Part shown: positions 39,344 to 50,900 of the stretch, one piece after another | Position numbering within the stretch: position 1 is the first letter of the stretch | Layout: every line of letters starts with the position of its first letter | DNA from: Verrucomicrobiia bacterium | Lineage (GTDB): Bacteria > Verrucomicrobiota > Verrucomicrobiia > Palsa-1439 | Length of the DNA stretch: 64,000 bases | Direction: 5' to 3' | Assembly: GCA_050015495.1 (NCBI GenBank) | Contig: JBEKBH010000001.1 | Span: 28,284 to 92,283, forward strand | Program-made: the position numbers and the translations under genes | The notes under the pieces: model-generated | The model's input: the letters and a program-made list of their open reading frames with translations, nothing else | Databases searched by the model: none | What the model was told of the DNA's origin: nothing

Positions 39344-41773
39344 CTACCGATTGCGGACTGCCAATCCCAACCCCGCAAGGAACGCCACGATGCTGACCAC
39401 GGCCGCCACCGCGTACGCTCGCGGCGGTTGATACCGCAGGAGAATCGCGTGGGCGCCCGCTGGCACTTGCACGCCCATGAGACCGCAACTCACCCGCACA
39501 ACCTCGGCGGGTTGGCCGTCGATTTCCGCGCGCCAGAACGGATAGTAGCTCTCGGCGATGACCGCCACGCACGCCGACGGCGCCGTCAACTGGATGCGCA
39601 CCAATTGCGCGTTCTCTCGCGTGAGTCGCACATCTCCCAACGATACGGGCGTGCCGGCATCGACCGGTGGAACCGGTGAGCTGTCCTCGCCATATACGCG
39701 CTCATACTTCTGCGCTTCGTCGGCGGGGACTTCACCCGGGCTTGCCTGTTTGGCTTGCACCAGCGGCCAGTTTCTTGCCGAGAGAACCAGCGCGAGGACC
39801 GGCGACTTGTGAACGTCACCGGCGTAGAGACAGGCGCGCGCGTACGCCGTCACGTACGGCCGGGCGGTATCGTTGCGGAACACCGCGAAATCTTCATTCG
39901 TCAAGACAGCGGCATAGTTATGCGACAGATCATCGAGGATCGTCTGCGGCTCGGGAGCGCCGGGGCTGGCCATGTCGAAGACGACATAGCGTGCCCCCAT
40001 CAAGTCGAGGAAGGCCCGATTCATGATGATGCGGCGGTCCGGCAACTGGATGAGGGCCTCCTGGTTCAGCAGGCCCGTGCCCAGCGGACACATCCAGTTG
40101 TAAAAGGCTTCATAGACCTGTGGTTTGCCGCCCCACATCGGCCCGAGCAGGTGAAAGTAGCGCCCGGAAAGCGCGTAGGTCTTGACCCAATCCGGGTCCT
40201 TCTCGAGCGATTGATACGCCGACTGCAGGTTCGCCAACGTGTGAGCGGGGACGCCGTTGTCCCATGTCGGTTTTTGATACGGCCAGTAGTCGAACAACAT
40301 CAACAGGCCGAGACCCGCCACAATCTTCGGCGCGTGCGCCCGCCATTTCTCCGCCTGGAGCACATCCGTGACGAAGAATCCCGCCAGCACCGCCCCCAGA
40401 AATACTGCGGGTGTATCGTAAAAGGCGTATGGCGCCCGGATATCCTTGAAATACGGGAGCGTGGCCAACAATTGGAAACCCGGCACAAACAGGAAAATCG
40501 CCAGCGCCACGCCGGCAATCACCCGCTTACGTCCCGTGGTCAATTTTCGCCGATAGAACACCACCAAAAATGCGAGGCTCACCAACACCCACGCGAGGGC
40601 AACCCCGGACACTTGGTGCGACGAAAGCGCCGTCCAGGTCGTCCAGTTGGCCGACCACACGCTGCTCGGTCCCGTCGCCAGCATTACGCTCACCAATAAC
40701 GCCCCCACGAAAAACCAAAATGCCCGTCGCTCCGCCCGGCGCGTATTCCACAGCGCGGTGGCCCCAAGAATCACCAGCAATACGATCCCCATGTATTTCT
40801 CGGGAGAGTCCGAGCCCAGTGACATCAACCGTTGCACCTGGTCCAATTCCGCCTGGCTGTTCACGCGCCCGCCGTTGGCCTGGATCCGCGAGATCACAAC
40901 GCCGACAAGGTTGCTCGTGGCCGAGCCGTTGCGATCGACCAAACCCAGCAGACTCTTGAACGAGAAGCCTTTCTGCCAGGCCGCCAATGGATCGCCGTAA
41001 AACAGCTTCACGTACCGCGATTCCACAAAGCCGGGCGCCAGCACCCACGTGCCCATCGCCAGCCCCATGGCCGCCAGGAATCCGCACGTGCGGGCGGTCA
41101 GTCGCCATTGCTGGCGTCGGGGCCACAGCCAGTAGAGCGCGTAGCCAAACAGAAACAGAAACACGGTGAACGCCTGCTTGTTGTCCGTCCACCAGGCCAG
41201 CACGGCGACGAGGGCGCATAGAAACGTATCCCGAACGGTGTTGGTTTCGAGGGCTCGGGCCATCGTCAGCCAGAGGAGCGGCATGAAGGGAAAGAACAGG
41301 ATGATGGTCATGTGTTCCGCGCCCGCCGCCCGGATGATCTGTTCCGGATGCAGCAAGAACGCCACCGCGGCCAACGCCGCTCCCCAGTCATGCTTCAAGA
41401 AATGCCAAGCGCAAAAGTACATGGCCACCGCCCCCGTAAAGATCGCCAACAACGCCATGAGCTTGCCGGCGGTGATGAGGTCGGTGAACATCGAAAAGAA
41501 CATCCACGGCAGCAGATAAAAACCTCTGACATGGTTGAGGCCGTAGCTCGATCCGCTCATGAAATACGGCGTCCACCACGGAAGCGCATGATGTTGCGAG
41601 ATTTCGCGCTGGATGTCCCAAACGCGTGAAGCCGAGCCGCTCAACTCGTTTGCACTCAACCCCAACGGCAGCCAGTGCGCACCGAGCCAGACGCAGTACC
41701 CCGCCGCCACCGCGATTGTCAACCACAGCCCGGGGCCGGGCCGCTTAGCGTTGAGCGTTGAGGGCGTTTGCAT
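39344..41773 (-). CDS. Large (809 aa) polytopic membrane protein, YfhO/GT-C-like
   Basis: The ATG at rc 41771-41773 gives MQTPSTLNAKRPG. More than 12 hydrophobic helices are followed by a ~250-aa C-terminal soluble domain. The architecture resembles YfhO/ArnT-type glycosyltransferases. The longer 834-aa track ORF is an upstream extension. Confidence 0.5.
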   Translation of the reverse strand: MQTPSTLNAKRPGPGLWLTIAVAAGYCVWLGAHWLPLGLSANELSGSASRVWDIQREISQHHALPWWTPYFMSGSSYGLNHVRGFYLLPWMFFSMFTDLITAGKLMALLAIFTGAVAMYFCAWHFLKHDWGAALAAVAFLLHPEQIIRAAGAEHMTIILFFPFMPLLWLTMARALETNTVRDTFLCALVAVLAWWTDNKQAFTVFLFLFGYALYWLWPRRQQWRLTARTCGFLAAMGLAMGTWVLAPGFVESRYVKLFYGDPLAAWQKGFSFKSLLGLVDRNGSATSNLVGVVISRIQANGGRVNSQAELDQVQRLMSLGSDSPEKYMGIVLLVILGATALWNTRRAERRAFWFFVGALLVSVMLATGPSSVWSANWTTWTALSSHQVSGVALAWVLVSLAFLVVFYRRKLTTGRKRVIAGVALAIFLFVPGFQLLATLPYFKDIRAPYAFYDTPAVFLGAVLAGFFVTDVLQAEKWRAHAPKIVAGLGLLMLFDYWPYQKPTWDNGVPAHTLANLQSAYQSLEKDPDWVKTYALSGRYFHLLGPMWGGKPQVYEAFYNWMCPLGTGLLNQEALIQLPDRRIIMNRAFLDLMGARYVVFDMASPGAPEPQTILDDLSHNYAAVLTNEDFAVFRNDTARPYVTAYARACLYAGDVHKSPVLALVLSARNWPLVQAKQASPGEVPADEAQKYERVYGEDSSPVPPVDAGTPVSLGDVRLTRENAQLVRIQLTAPSACVAVIAESYYPFWRAEIDGQPAEVVRVSCGLMGVQVPAGAHAILLRYQPPRAYAVAAVVSIVAFLAGLGLAVRNR

Positions 41774-42152
41774 GAGGTTGGTATAACAGTTGCCAGGCGG
41801 CGTTTTCCACGGATTCCAACGGCAGGTCGCGCAGGCGGGCGGCGGCATTGTATTCGATTCGATTGTGCGAGTACGTCGGAACGCTCACGTCAAATCGTTC
41901 CTGGCGTAACCGCCAGGGATCCCGCAGGATCCGGGCCTTGGAGTTGCCCGGGAAATCCGCAAACCGCACATCTTCGGTGAAGCGCTGCTCGCGCAGGTAT
42001 TCGGCAACGCTGCCGAACATCGTCAAGAGCGTCAGGCGGAATCGTTCCGGCTCGGCCGCCAATGCGGCGATCGAGGGCGACGCCATAATCACGTCGCCAA
42101 GACCCGAAAGACAAAAAATCAATACTCGTCGTTGCCGTTGATCGGACTGCAT
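41745..42152 (-). pseudogene. Family 9 glycosyltransferase (heptosyltransferase-like) N-terminal fragment, probably a truncated remnant
   Basis: The block RVLIFCLSGLGDVIMASPSIAAL matches the GT9 N-terminus. Only 135 aa are present, against the ~330 aa expected. Its 3' end overlaps the start of the downstream membrane-protein gene by about 29 nt. Confidence 0.35.
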
Positions 42153-42264
42153 GGATTTATAATAGACGCGATTCCCTGCGCTCCGAACATACTACCATGC
42201 TTCGGGTCGCCCCGGCAAGTGGGGGCATTCGCAACCGTCCGACGAGGAACAGGCGCGCGGCGCC

Positions 42265-44511
42265 CTAGCTGGCGGCGATGACCGTTCCCTCACGCAACGC
42301 GCTGATGACGATGCGTTCGATCTCACTAATGTCGAACGGTTTGTTGAGCCAACGGGCGCCAGACTGCTCCAAAAACTTCCGCGAGGACGGGCTGACCGTG
42401 TCACCGGTGACGAAGACAATCCGCTCTCGCAAATGCGGGTACCGTTCCCCGATCGCGGCATGAAGTTTTTCGCCACTCATTTCCGGCATGCAAATGTCGG
42501 AAATGATCAGGTCGTACTCGTTTGTCGCCAGGCGCGACAGCGCCTCCGCGCCGTTGCAAGCTGACTCCGTCTGAAAACCCTTTTCGTCCAGCGCCCGTTT
42601 CAATACGTCAACGATTCCCGGTTCGTCGTCGACGATCAACAAGCGCCGCGCCGGCGCCTCGGGCACGCGCTCGGCGACGGGCGCCTCGACCGGTGGCGGA
42701 TGCACCGCCTCGGCGCATTTCACCACCGGCAACTCGACGATAAACCGTGTGCCCTTGCCGGCCTTGGTCTCCACCCAGATCTTCCCCCTGTGCTCTTCCA
42801 CAATGCTGTAGCAGATTGACAAGCCGAGTCCCGTGCCTTTCCCCGGACCCTTCGTGGTAAAGAACGGGTCGAAGATCCTTTCCATAATCGGGTCGGGGAT
42901 GCCGGGCCCGTTGTCCGCGACCGCAATGCGGATCCGATCGTTGCTGTATTCGGTGGCGACCTCGACGATCCGCTTGTCCGGACGGTTCTCCAGCGCCTGA
43001 ACGGCGTTGGTGATCAGGTTGACCAGCACCTGCTCGATCTGACCGGCGTCGGCCATCGTTGGCGGCAGGTTCTTGCCCAATCGGCGCACGATCTCGACCT
43101 TGGCCCGCTGCACCTGCATTTCTCGCGTCTCCAAAGAATCCACGACAATGCGGTTGATGTCCACCATGGTCATATGCGGCTCGCGTGGACGCGCAAACGT
43201 CAGCAGGTTCCGCACAATCTTCGCGGCCCGCTCGCTTTCATGAAGGACCTTCTGCAAATCCTTGCGGACCTTTTCATCGAGGCCCTTGTTCTTCACAGAT
43301 AGTTGCGCGTATCCCATCACCACCGCGAGTGGATTGTTCAATTCGTGGGCGACGCCGGCCACGAGTTGGCCGAGCGCCGATAATTTCTCCGCCTGCCGCA
43401 GTCGTTGCTCCATTTTCTTGCGGGTGGTAATTTCCCGGGCATTGATCTGGAGCACCGGCCGCTTCTGACAATCCACCAGCGTCACCGCTCCTTCACAAAG
43501 CACGTGTTCCCCCTCCCCCTGGGCGATCTGAATTTCGCCGGCCTCGTCGAAGAGCGCTTCGACCCGCTTCTTGTTCTCCAACAGGCTGTCCGTGCAACCG
43601 CGCAGCTGCGGGCAAAGCGTACACAAGGGCTGGCCGACCAACTGGTCCGCCTTGCGCGCCGTCAACTCTTCGGCGGCGGGGTTCGCCTGAACGATCTGAA
43701 ATGTCGCGATGTCAACCTGAAGGATCGCATCACATGCGGACGCGAACAGGTGCTGGTATTTCTGCTCGGCGATGTGCAACTCGTGCTCCAGCGCATGCCG
43801 TTGCACGGTGCCGTCGCGACATTCCTGCTGCAACGCGATCTGGCTCGCGCGCGCCTGTTCCAACGCCAACGCAATGAACCCCACCGTCACCCCGAAGGCG
43901 AGGACAGCGGACGCGATGTATTCCAGGGCGCCCAGCGTCGGCTCCCGGGCGATCAGCCAGTGGAAGATACATTGATGCAGTGACCACAGCAGCAAACTCA
44001 CGGAGAGCACGCGCGCTCCCGGGTGTTCCTTCCATTGCTTCGTGTGAAGGAGTGCGACAGCCAGACCCGATAATCCCAGCAACACAAATGTCGGACAGTT
44101 GATCCAGACATGGTTCCCCGCCACGGAACGAATCGCGAAACTCCACGCCAGCATGACCAGCGATGCGATCCCCAGTTCCCGATCCGACCGCACATGATTG
44201 GCCAGATGCAACGCCCCCCACGCCATACACAACGCGCTCACGCCCACGCAGGCGCGGCCCAACGTCGCGAGGATCGCGAGGTCTGGCCGTTCGTCCAGCC
44301 CCAGCGCCGTCGCCAGGTACATCGAGTAGTACAGCCAGGCGACCGCCCAAAACCGATAGCAGGCCTGCCGTGTGTGGAAGTTCAGGTAGGCCAACACGAC
44401 CACCACCAACCACGTGCTGCACACGGCCAGCGCCAGCGCGACCCTCAATCCGTCCGGCGGAAAGGTCGCGCTAACGAACGCGATGACGTTCGTCAATAAA
44501 CTTTGGATCAT
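42265..44511 (-). CDS. Hybrid sensor histidine kinase / response regulator (TM sensor region, PAS-like, HisKA, HATPase_c, REC)
   Basis: The likely start MIQSLL lies at rc 44509-44511. At least six N-terminal TM helices are present. The H-box is [21 protein letters not shown]. The N and G boxes are NLITNAVQA and DNGPGIP...GTGLGLSI. The C-terminal receiver is LLIVDDEP...[11 protein letters not shown]...KPF. The additional 384 N-terminal residues in the track ORF are antisense to pepA and I reject them. Confidence 0.85.
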   Translation of the reverse strand: MIQSLLTNVIAFVSATFPPDGLRVALALAVCSTWLVVVVLAYLNFHTRQACYRFWAVAWLYYSMYLATALGLDERPDLAILATLGRACVGVSALCMAWGALHLANHVRSDRELGIASLVMLAWSFAIRSVAGNHVWINCPTFVLLGLSGLAVALLHTKQWKEHPGARVLSVSLLLWSLHQCIFHWLIAREPTLGALEYIASAVLAFGVTVGFIALALEQARASQIALQQECRDGTVQRHALEHELHIAEQKYQHLFASACDAILQVDIATFQIVQANPAAEELTARKADQLVGQPLCTLCPQLRGCTDSLLENKKRVEALFDEAGEIQIAQGEGEHVLCEGAVTLVDCQKRPVLQINAREITTRKKMEQRLRQAEKLSALGQLVAGVAHELNNPLAVVMGYAQLSVKNKGLDEKVRKDLQKVLHESERAAKIVRNLLTFARPREPHMTMVDINRIVVDSLETREMQVQRAKVEIVRRLGKNLPPTMADAGQIEQVLVNLITNAVQALENRPDKRIVEVATEYSNDRIRIAVADNGPGIPDPIMERIFDPFFTTKGPGKGTGLGLSICYSIVEEHRGKIWVETKAGKGTRFIVELPVVKCAEAVHPPPVEAPVAERVPEAPARRLLIVDDEPGIVDVLKRALDEKGFQTESACNGAEALSRLATNEYDLIISDICMPEMSGEKLHAAIGERYPHLRERIVFVTGDTVSPSSRKFLEQSGARWLNKPFDISEIERIVISALREGTVIAAS

Positions 44512-44763
44512 GGATGCTCTCGCACGGTCCGACACTCGATTGCCACGGGCAATGCCAGCGTCGTAACGTACAGAAAGCACGAAACTTGCCACGGAAACTG
44601 CCACCCTCCAGACCGTTGGACGATCTGCCAGAAAGTCGTCGCACAAGCGCGAGTTTTTCCAGAGGCACGATGCAACGCGTTGATTATAAAGAGTTAACGA
44701 TGGTAATCTGCCGCGCGTTGACGGATGTGCACACGTTGCTATAATCCCCCACGGAACAAACCT

Positions 44764-46257
44764 ATGAATCTTTCTGTCACCACCGCCGCCGCCCTCTCTC
44801 AAAAGCAACCGGCCGCCGTTTTGTTCGCGTTCGAGAAGGAACGCCTCGACGGGCCCGCCGCCTTCAAGAATCTGCTTCGTCATGTCGGCCCGAAAGAGTT
44901 TCGCGGGGCCGAGCGCCAGCTCTTTCTCCTCCACTCGTCGGGCAAACTCGCGCCCCAACGCGTCCTGCTGGTCGGCTTGGGTCTTCGCAGCAAGTTCACA
45001 ACCGAAACTCTGCGCCGCGCCATGGGCATTGCCGCCAAGAAACTGCGCGACTTGGGCATCGAGCGGGCCGCCGTGCAGGCTTGCCCGCCTCAGGCGGGTG
45101 AACCGGCCGATGTTGACGAGTCGGTGGGGGCCATCGTCGAGGCCGCGATCCTCGCGACATACCAATTCCGCCAGTTCAAACCCGACGACGACGGCGAGGC
45201 GACGGAATTGAAGACGCTCACGCTTTGTCTTCCCGCACGCGCCGACGTGAAGACGGCCAAAAGAGCCGCCGCCGACGCACAGATCGTTGCCGAAGCGACC
45301 AATTACGCCCGCGAAATTGGCAATCTCCCCGGCAACGTCGTCACGCCGCGCGTCATGGCGGATTACGCCCGCAAACTGGCCGACGATTCGGGTCTGGTGT
45401 GCACTGTCCTCGCCAAAAAGGAACTCGAAGCCGGCAACTTCGGTGGATTGCTGGCCGTGGGCGGCGGCAGCGCGAATGAGCCGCACCTGATCGTCCTCGA
45501 ATATTACGGCTCGAAGGACGCCACGCCGATTGCGCTTGTCGGGAAAGCCATCACGTTCGATTCCGGCGGCATTTCGATCAAGCCGTCCGACAAGATGGAC
45601 GAAATGAAATTCGACAAGTGCGGCGGCGTCGCCGTTCTCGCGATTCTCAAGGCCGTTGCCCAATTGAAACTGCCGCTCAATATCATCGGCGTCATTTCAT
45701 CCGCCGAAAACATGCCCAGTTCCACCAGCTACCGTCCGGGCGACATCGTGACCAGTTACCGCGGGGCGGACAAGCGGGCCGTGACCATCGAGGTGCTCAA
45801 TACGGACGCCGAAGGCCGGGTCGTGCTCGGCGACGCTCTCGTTTACGCCCGCGAACGCGGCGCGAAGACCATCATCGACTTCGCCACGCTGACCGGCGCG
45901 TGCGTCGTCGCGCTCGGCAGTATCGCCGCCGGCCTTCTGGGCAATGACGATGTGCTCCAGAAGAAGATCCGCGAGTCAGCGGACCGCACCGGCGACCGGG
46001 TCTGGCCGTTGCCGCTCTGGCCGGAGTACAAGGACAAGATCAAAAGCGACGTGGCCGACATCAAGAACACCGGGGGCCGTTACGGCGGCGCAATCACGGC
46101 GGCGGCGTTCCTCGCGAAGTACGTCAGTGACACGCCCTGGGCGCACCTGGACATCGCGGGCACGGCCTGGACCACGGAGGAACTTCCCTATCTGACCAAG
46201 GGGGCCACAGGCTTCGGCGTGCGCCTAGTGATTGACCTGCTCCGCCGCTGGAACTGA
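44764..46257 (+). CDS. pepA: Leucyl aminopeptidase (M17 family, PepA)
   Basis: The M17 signature NTDAEGRVVLGDAL is present, with the blocks VGKAITFDSGGISIKP and DIAG. Confidence 0.9.
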   Translation: MNLSVTTAAALSQKQPAAVLFAFEKERLDGPAAFKNLLRHVGPKEFRGAERQLFLLHSSGKLAPQRVLLVGLGLRSKFTTETLRRAMGIAAKKLRDLGIERAAVQACPPQAGEPADVDESVGAIVEAAILATYQFRQFKPDDDGEATELKTLTLCLPARADVKTAKRAAADAQIVAEATNYAREIGNLPGNVVTPRVMADYARKLADDSGLVCTVLAKKELEAGNFGGLLAVGGGSANEPHLIVLEYYGSKDATPIALVGKAITFDSGGISIKPSDKMDEMKFDKCGGVAVLAILKAVAQLKLPLNIIGVISSAENMPSSTSYRPGDIVTSYRGADKRAVTIEVLNTDAEGRVVLGDALVYARERGAKTIIDFATLTGACVVALGSIAAGLLGNDDVLQKKIRESADRTGDRVWPLPLWPEYKDKIKSDVADIKNTGGRYGGAITAAAFLAKYVSDTPWAHLDIAGTAWTTEELPYLTKGATGFGVRLVIDLLRRWN

Positions 46258-46405
46258 CGGGCGGGGGGACGTACGCCCTTTCCAAGCGCCGATGACAAGG
46301 ATCACCACCACGGCGACGCTCAGCAAAAAAAAACCGACCACCAGCACATTTTCCTTAAACTTTCGGCTGGGTTTCATACAATGGGGGCCAGTTTAGGCGA
46401 GCACG

Positions 46406-47359
46406 ATGACGAACACAATCACGCAAATCGATCTGGCGGGCGTCCCGAAACTCAAGAGCGGCAAAGTCCGCGAGGTCTTCGACCTCGGGGATTCGCTGCT
46501 GTTCGTGGCCACCGACCGCATCAGCGCGTTCGATGTCATCCTGCCCAACCCGATCCCCGAAAAGGGCCGCGTCCTCACCGCCCTGAGCGAATTCTGGTTT
46601 GGCAAGACCCGGCACATCGTCGAGAACCATTTCATCACGTCCGATTTGGCCGGGCAGGCGCGCCGTTTGCCGAAATCGGTGGCCGCCGCGCGGGCCGCGC
46701 TGCAGGGCCGCTCGATGCTCGTGCGCAAGTGCCAGCCGCTCCCGGTCGAATGCGTCGTGCGCGGGTACCTCGCCGGTTCCGGGCTTAAAGAATACAAGCA
46801 GTCGCAAACCGTCTGCGGCATCAAGCTGCCCGACGGGCTTGTCGAATCCAGCCCGCTCCCCCAACCCATTTTCACGCCCGCGACCAAGGCCGAGACCGGC
46901 CACGACGAGAACATCGATTTCGACCGGTGCGCGCAAATCCTCGGCAGACCGCTCGCCGAGAAAGTGCGCGACACCTCGCTCGCCCTGTACAGTTACGCCC
47001 GTGATTATGCGGCCACGCGCGGCATCATCATCGCCGATACCAAATTCGAGTTCGGGCTCCGTTCTGAAACTGTAGCGGCGGTCTATGACCGCCGAGCGGA
47101 TTCGGCGCTCGCAGAGCGCCGCTACAGCGGCCAGTTGATTCTCATCGACGAAGCGCTCACGCCTGACAGTTCCCGTTTCTGGCCCGCCGACGGCTACGCG
47201 CCGGGCAAACCCCAACCGAGTTTCGACAAGCAATTCGTCCGCGATTACCTCGAAACCCTCGATTGGGACAAGACACCGCCGGGACCGGTCCTGCCCGACA
47301 CCGTCATCCGCAAGACCACCGAGAAATACCTCGAAGCGCTCACAAAGCTCACCTCCTAG
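46406..47359 (+). CDS. purC: Phosphoribosylaminoimidazole-succinocarboxamide synthase (SAICAR synthetase, long form)
   Basis: The blocks GKVREVF, FVATDRISAFD, DTKFEFG and LILIDEALTPDSSRFW match SAICAR synthetase. A ~22-aa palindromic-repeat-encoded insertion sits after DTKFEFG. Confidence 0.9.
   Translation: MTNTITQIDLAGVPKLKSGKVREVFDLGDSLLFVATDRISAFDVILPNPIPEKGRVLTALSEFWFGKTRHIVENHFITSDLAGQARRLPKSVAAARAALQGRSMLVRKCQPLPVECVVRGYLAGSGLKEYKQSQTVCGIKLPDGLVESSPLPQPIFTPATKAETGHDENIDFDRCAQILGRPLAEKVRDTSLALYSYARDYAATRGIIIADTKFEFGLRSETVAAVYDRRADSALAERRYSGQLILIDEALTPDSSRFWPADGYAPGKPQPSFDKQFVRDYLETLDWDKTPPGPVLPDTVIRKTTEKYLEALTKLTS
47070..47128. repeat. Palindromic miniature element inserted in-frame in purC
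   Basis: The outer arms are ctgtagcggcg and cgccgctacag. The internal sub-palindrome is ggcgctc gca gagcgcc. In the purC frame it encodes RSETVAAVYDRRADSALAERRYSGQ, sitting between conserved blocks TKFEFG and LILIDE. Confidence 0.55.
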
Positions 47360-47446
47360 AAGCGATCTGCTCACCGTTGGCGCGAGCGTCCCTGCTTGCG
47401 GTCGTGTATAAAGAGCTCGAATCGTCGTTTGGACATGCGAATACCC

Positions 47447-47570
47447 CCAAACCGAACCCAAACGAACCCAACGCAAAAATCATTTTTCAAAAGTTCTAAC
47501 TACCCGTCCCACAACCTCATTCACACGCACTTTTGATCCAAAAAGCTTGGGTTCGTTTCGCAAAAACCCC
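47447..47570. repeat. Inverted plus direct copies of the TTGGGTTCGTTT-core motif also found at 16621-16701
   Basis: The inverted copy at 47447-47479 is ccaaaccgaacccaaacgaacccaacgcaaaaa. The direct copy at 47544-47570 is agcttgggttcgtttcgcaaaaacccc. It lies in the 600-nt leader upstream of the giant surface-protein gene. Confidence 0.45.
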
Positions 47571-47595
47571 CTTTTTGTGGCTGCGCCCCTTCTAG

Positions 47596-47689
47596 CCGCG
47601 TTTCGTAAACGCGGACCGGCCGCCTGCCCCGACAACCGACGTCGGGGCCGAAGGGTGCCGTGCTTCGTGACCTTCGTGACTTCGTGGTG
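47596..47689 (+). promoter_or_regulatory. Structured segment in the giant-protein leader: two perfect hairpins followed by 3 tandem CTTCGTGAC units
   Basis: The first hairpin is ccgcgttt-cgt-aaacgcgg at 47596-47614. The second is ccccgac-aaccgac-gtcgggg at 47627-47647. The tandem run gcttcgtgaccttcgtgacttcgtggtg lies at 47662-47689. The function is unknown. Confidence 0.3.
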
Positions 47690-47976
47690 AACATCTATGC
47701 CCCTATGTCAAACAACCCAAAACGTCGCCGACTATACGCTATCGTATACACCTTGTCCAGAAGATTCTGATGGTGGATCAAAACAAATGCCCCCCTTCCC
47801 CCTTCTCTCCCGGCGAAGCCCGCGTTTGGCCGAACTCTTTCGGCCATCACGTGGCCCCCCCCGCGAGCCTTGATTTGGCTTGCTTCAACGACCGCTGAAA
47901 GTTACTATCACGTCTGAGCGCGAGGTTTGATTCACCCCGAAGTGATTGACGGCCTTCCGAGGCTGAGAGGCATACC

Positions 47977-50900
47977 ATGCACCGAATGCGGCGCGGTTGT
48001 CTGATCGCGGGATTTCTCGTCTGGATTGCGCTGCCGGCTATCTCGCACGCGCAAACCATTCCCAGCGCTCCAACCAATCTTCAGGCCACCGCGGCATCGC
48101 CATTCCAGATCAACCTGACTTGGATCGACACGTCCACCAACGAAAGCGGATACATGGTCGAGCGGTCGCTCGACGGGATCAATTTCACCCAGATCGCACA
48201 ACTGCTGCCCCAAACAGCGACTTACCGCGACACCGGAGCGTGGCCTGGCACGACTTATTACTACCGCGTACGCGCGTACAATACATCGGGCGACTCGGGT
48301 GTTTCCGCGATTGCGAGTGGGGCTACACCGGCGGTGTGCAACGCATCGGCTGTGGCTTGGGGGTGGAACGGGTACGGCCAAACGGCGGTCCCGACGAATC
48401 TGAGTGGCGTGGTAGCCGTCTCTGCCGGCATGGAGGACAGTTTCGTCTTGCGCAGTGATGGCACAGTCCTCGGTTGGGGCGACAACAGTTATGGGATATT
48501 GACACCGCCCGCCGGTCTTACCGGCGTGGTGGCCGTATCTGCCAATGTTGCCAGTACGCTCGCGCTGAAGAGCGACGGCACCATGGTGATGTGGGGCTTT
48601 GAGTGGGATCAGTTGCCGAATGTGACCGGGGTGGTGGCCATCGCGAATGGATGGCAGCATAGTCTGGCTTTGTTAAGCGACGGCACTGTTATTGGTTGGG
48701 GATTGAACGAGTCGGGTCAGATCAGCATCCCCACAAATCTAGCGGGGGTTGTGGCCATCGCAGCGGGTGGTTATCACAGCCTGGCGTTGAAAAGCGACGG
48801 TACCGTCGTCGGCTGGGGAAATGGCGGGTCGGGACTGGCGACTCCACCGACCAACCTCACCGGAGTGGTCGCGATCGCAGCTGGCGGCCACCATAGTCTG
48901 GCGCTGAAGAGCGACGGCACGGTTGTCGGCTGGGGCGATAACACCTACGGCCAGGCAACACCGCCTGCCGGATTAACTGGAGTGACGGCGATCTCGGCGG
49001 GTTGGCAACATAGTTTGGCCTTGATGAGCGACGGCACCATCATCGGATGGGGCGACGATAGCAATGGCCAAATCAGTCCCCCTGCCGGGCTGGCCGGGGT
49101 CACGGCCATTTCCGCCGGCTACCTTCACAGCTTGGCGGTGGCGCCAGTGATCAACGCGCCGTCAAATCTTACCGCGACGGCAGTTTCGACCAATCAGATC
49201 AATCTGGCGTGGACAAGCAGTGGCCCTGTGGACGGCTTCAACATTCGGCGGGCACCGGACAATGGCGGCAGCCCGGGGGCTTGGACTCAAATCGCGACGG
49301 TGGGTCCCAACACCACGAATTACAATGACGCCGGACTTGCCTCGAACGCAACGTATTGGTACCAACTGCAGGCTTTCACGGTCTGTGGAGTATCCTTTTT
49401 CACGGATCCGGCAAGCGCCGCTGTGCCATCGGTAGCCGCGCCGTCGGGACTCTCGGCAACGGGTGTTTCGGCTGGCCAAATCAATCTCACTTGGACAAAT
49501 AACAGCACGACGGAGAACGGCTTCCTCATCGAACGCGCTCCGGACAACGGTGGCGTTCCGGGCACGTGGACGCAAATCGCCTCGGTCAACTCAAGTACCA
49601 CGGCTTACAGCGATACAGGGCTTCTGCCGTTCACACTATATTGGTACCGCGTACGAGCGTATGACAATAGTGGGGATTCTGTTTATAGCAACTTGGCCAG
49701 CGCGTTCGTCCCGGCTCCGTGTCCGAGATACGTCGCCGGCTGGGGATACAATGCGAGTGGTCAGGCAACGGCCCTGACAGGACTGGTTTCGGCCATTGCC
49801 ATTGCCGCGTTTGGCGATGGGAGCCTCGCACTCACGAGTGATGGCACCGTCCCGTTGTGGGATACGCAAGTGACACCACCAGCAACGTTAACGGGGGTTG
49901 TGGCCATCGCTATGGGCTCTGGATTCAATCTGGCATTGAAGGGCGACGGGACCGTGATCGGCTCGGGTAATGACATGTGGGGTCAACTCACTCCGCCGGC
50001 GGGAACGACGGGCGTTGTTGCCATCGCCGCCGGCGGGTTCGAAAGCCTGGCACTCCAGAGTAATGGCATTCTTGTTGTCTGGGGTGACACCCGCGGCGTC
50101 ACCTCGCTAACCGGAATCGTCGCCATGGCCTCGGGCGATTACCACAGCCTGGCGGTGTACACCAATGGCACGGTGGTTGGCTGGGGTAACAATAACTACG
50201 GCCAAGCGACTTCCCCGCCGGGGTTGACTGGCGTGGTCGCTGTCGCTGTCGGTGACTATCATAGTCTGGCATTGAAGAGCGATGGCACCGTTGTGCAATG
50301 GGGCACCACCATTTATGGGGAGTCCGTGCCGCCGGCAGGTTTGTCGGGCGTCGTGGCCATCGCCGCCGGTGGAACTTTCAGTCTGGCACTCAAGAGCGAC
50401 GGCACCGTCGTCGCTTGGGGTGACAATCAGTATGGGGAGTCGACTCCGCCGGAGGGCCTTGCGAACGTGATCGCCATCGCCGCCGGCTGGGACCACAGTT
50501 TGGCATTGAGCCTGCCATGTCCGTTGAGCGCTCCTTCGGCGTTGACCGCGACCCTTCTCTGGCCAAGCCAGATCAATCTCTCTTGGCTTAACAATTCGTT
50601 TGACGAGGACGGGTTCAAGATTGAGCGCGCTCCGGACAACGGCGGAGTTCCGGGCACTTGGGCGCAAATTGCCACGGTCAGTTCCAACGTCGCCACTTAC
50701 AGCGATACCGGACTTTCCCAAGGTGTGACATATTGGTACCGCGTACGAACCTACAACGTGGCAGGAAATTCCGATTACAGCAACCTGACGAACGCCACGA
50801 TTCTACTACCGCCCGTGGCTCCGTCGGGTCTGACCGCGACGCCGTTGTCCAGTGTCCAAATCAGTTTGTCGTGGACGGACACCGCCAATGATGAGACCGG

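Noticed and set aside
44512-45663. 384-aa N-terminal extension of the histidine-kinase ORF (track ORF 42265..45663)
   Set aside because: The extension is antisense to pepA and has no TM or sensor features. The kinase has a plausible start at MIQSLL (44511), followed directly by its TM sensor region.
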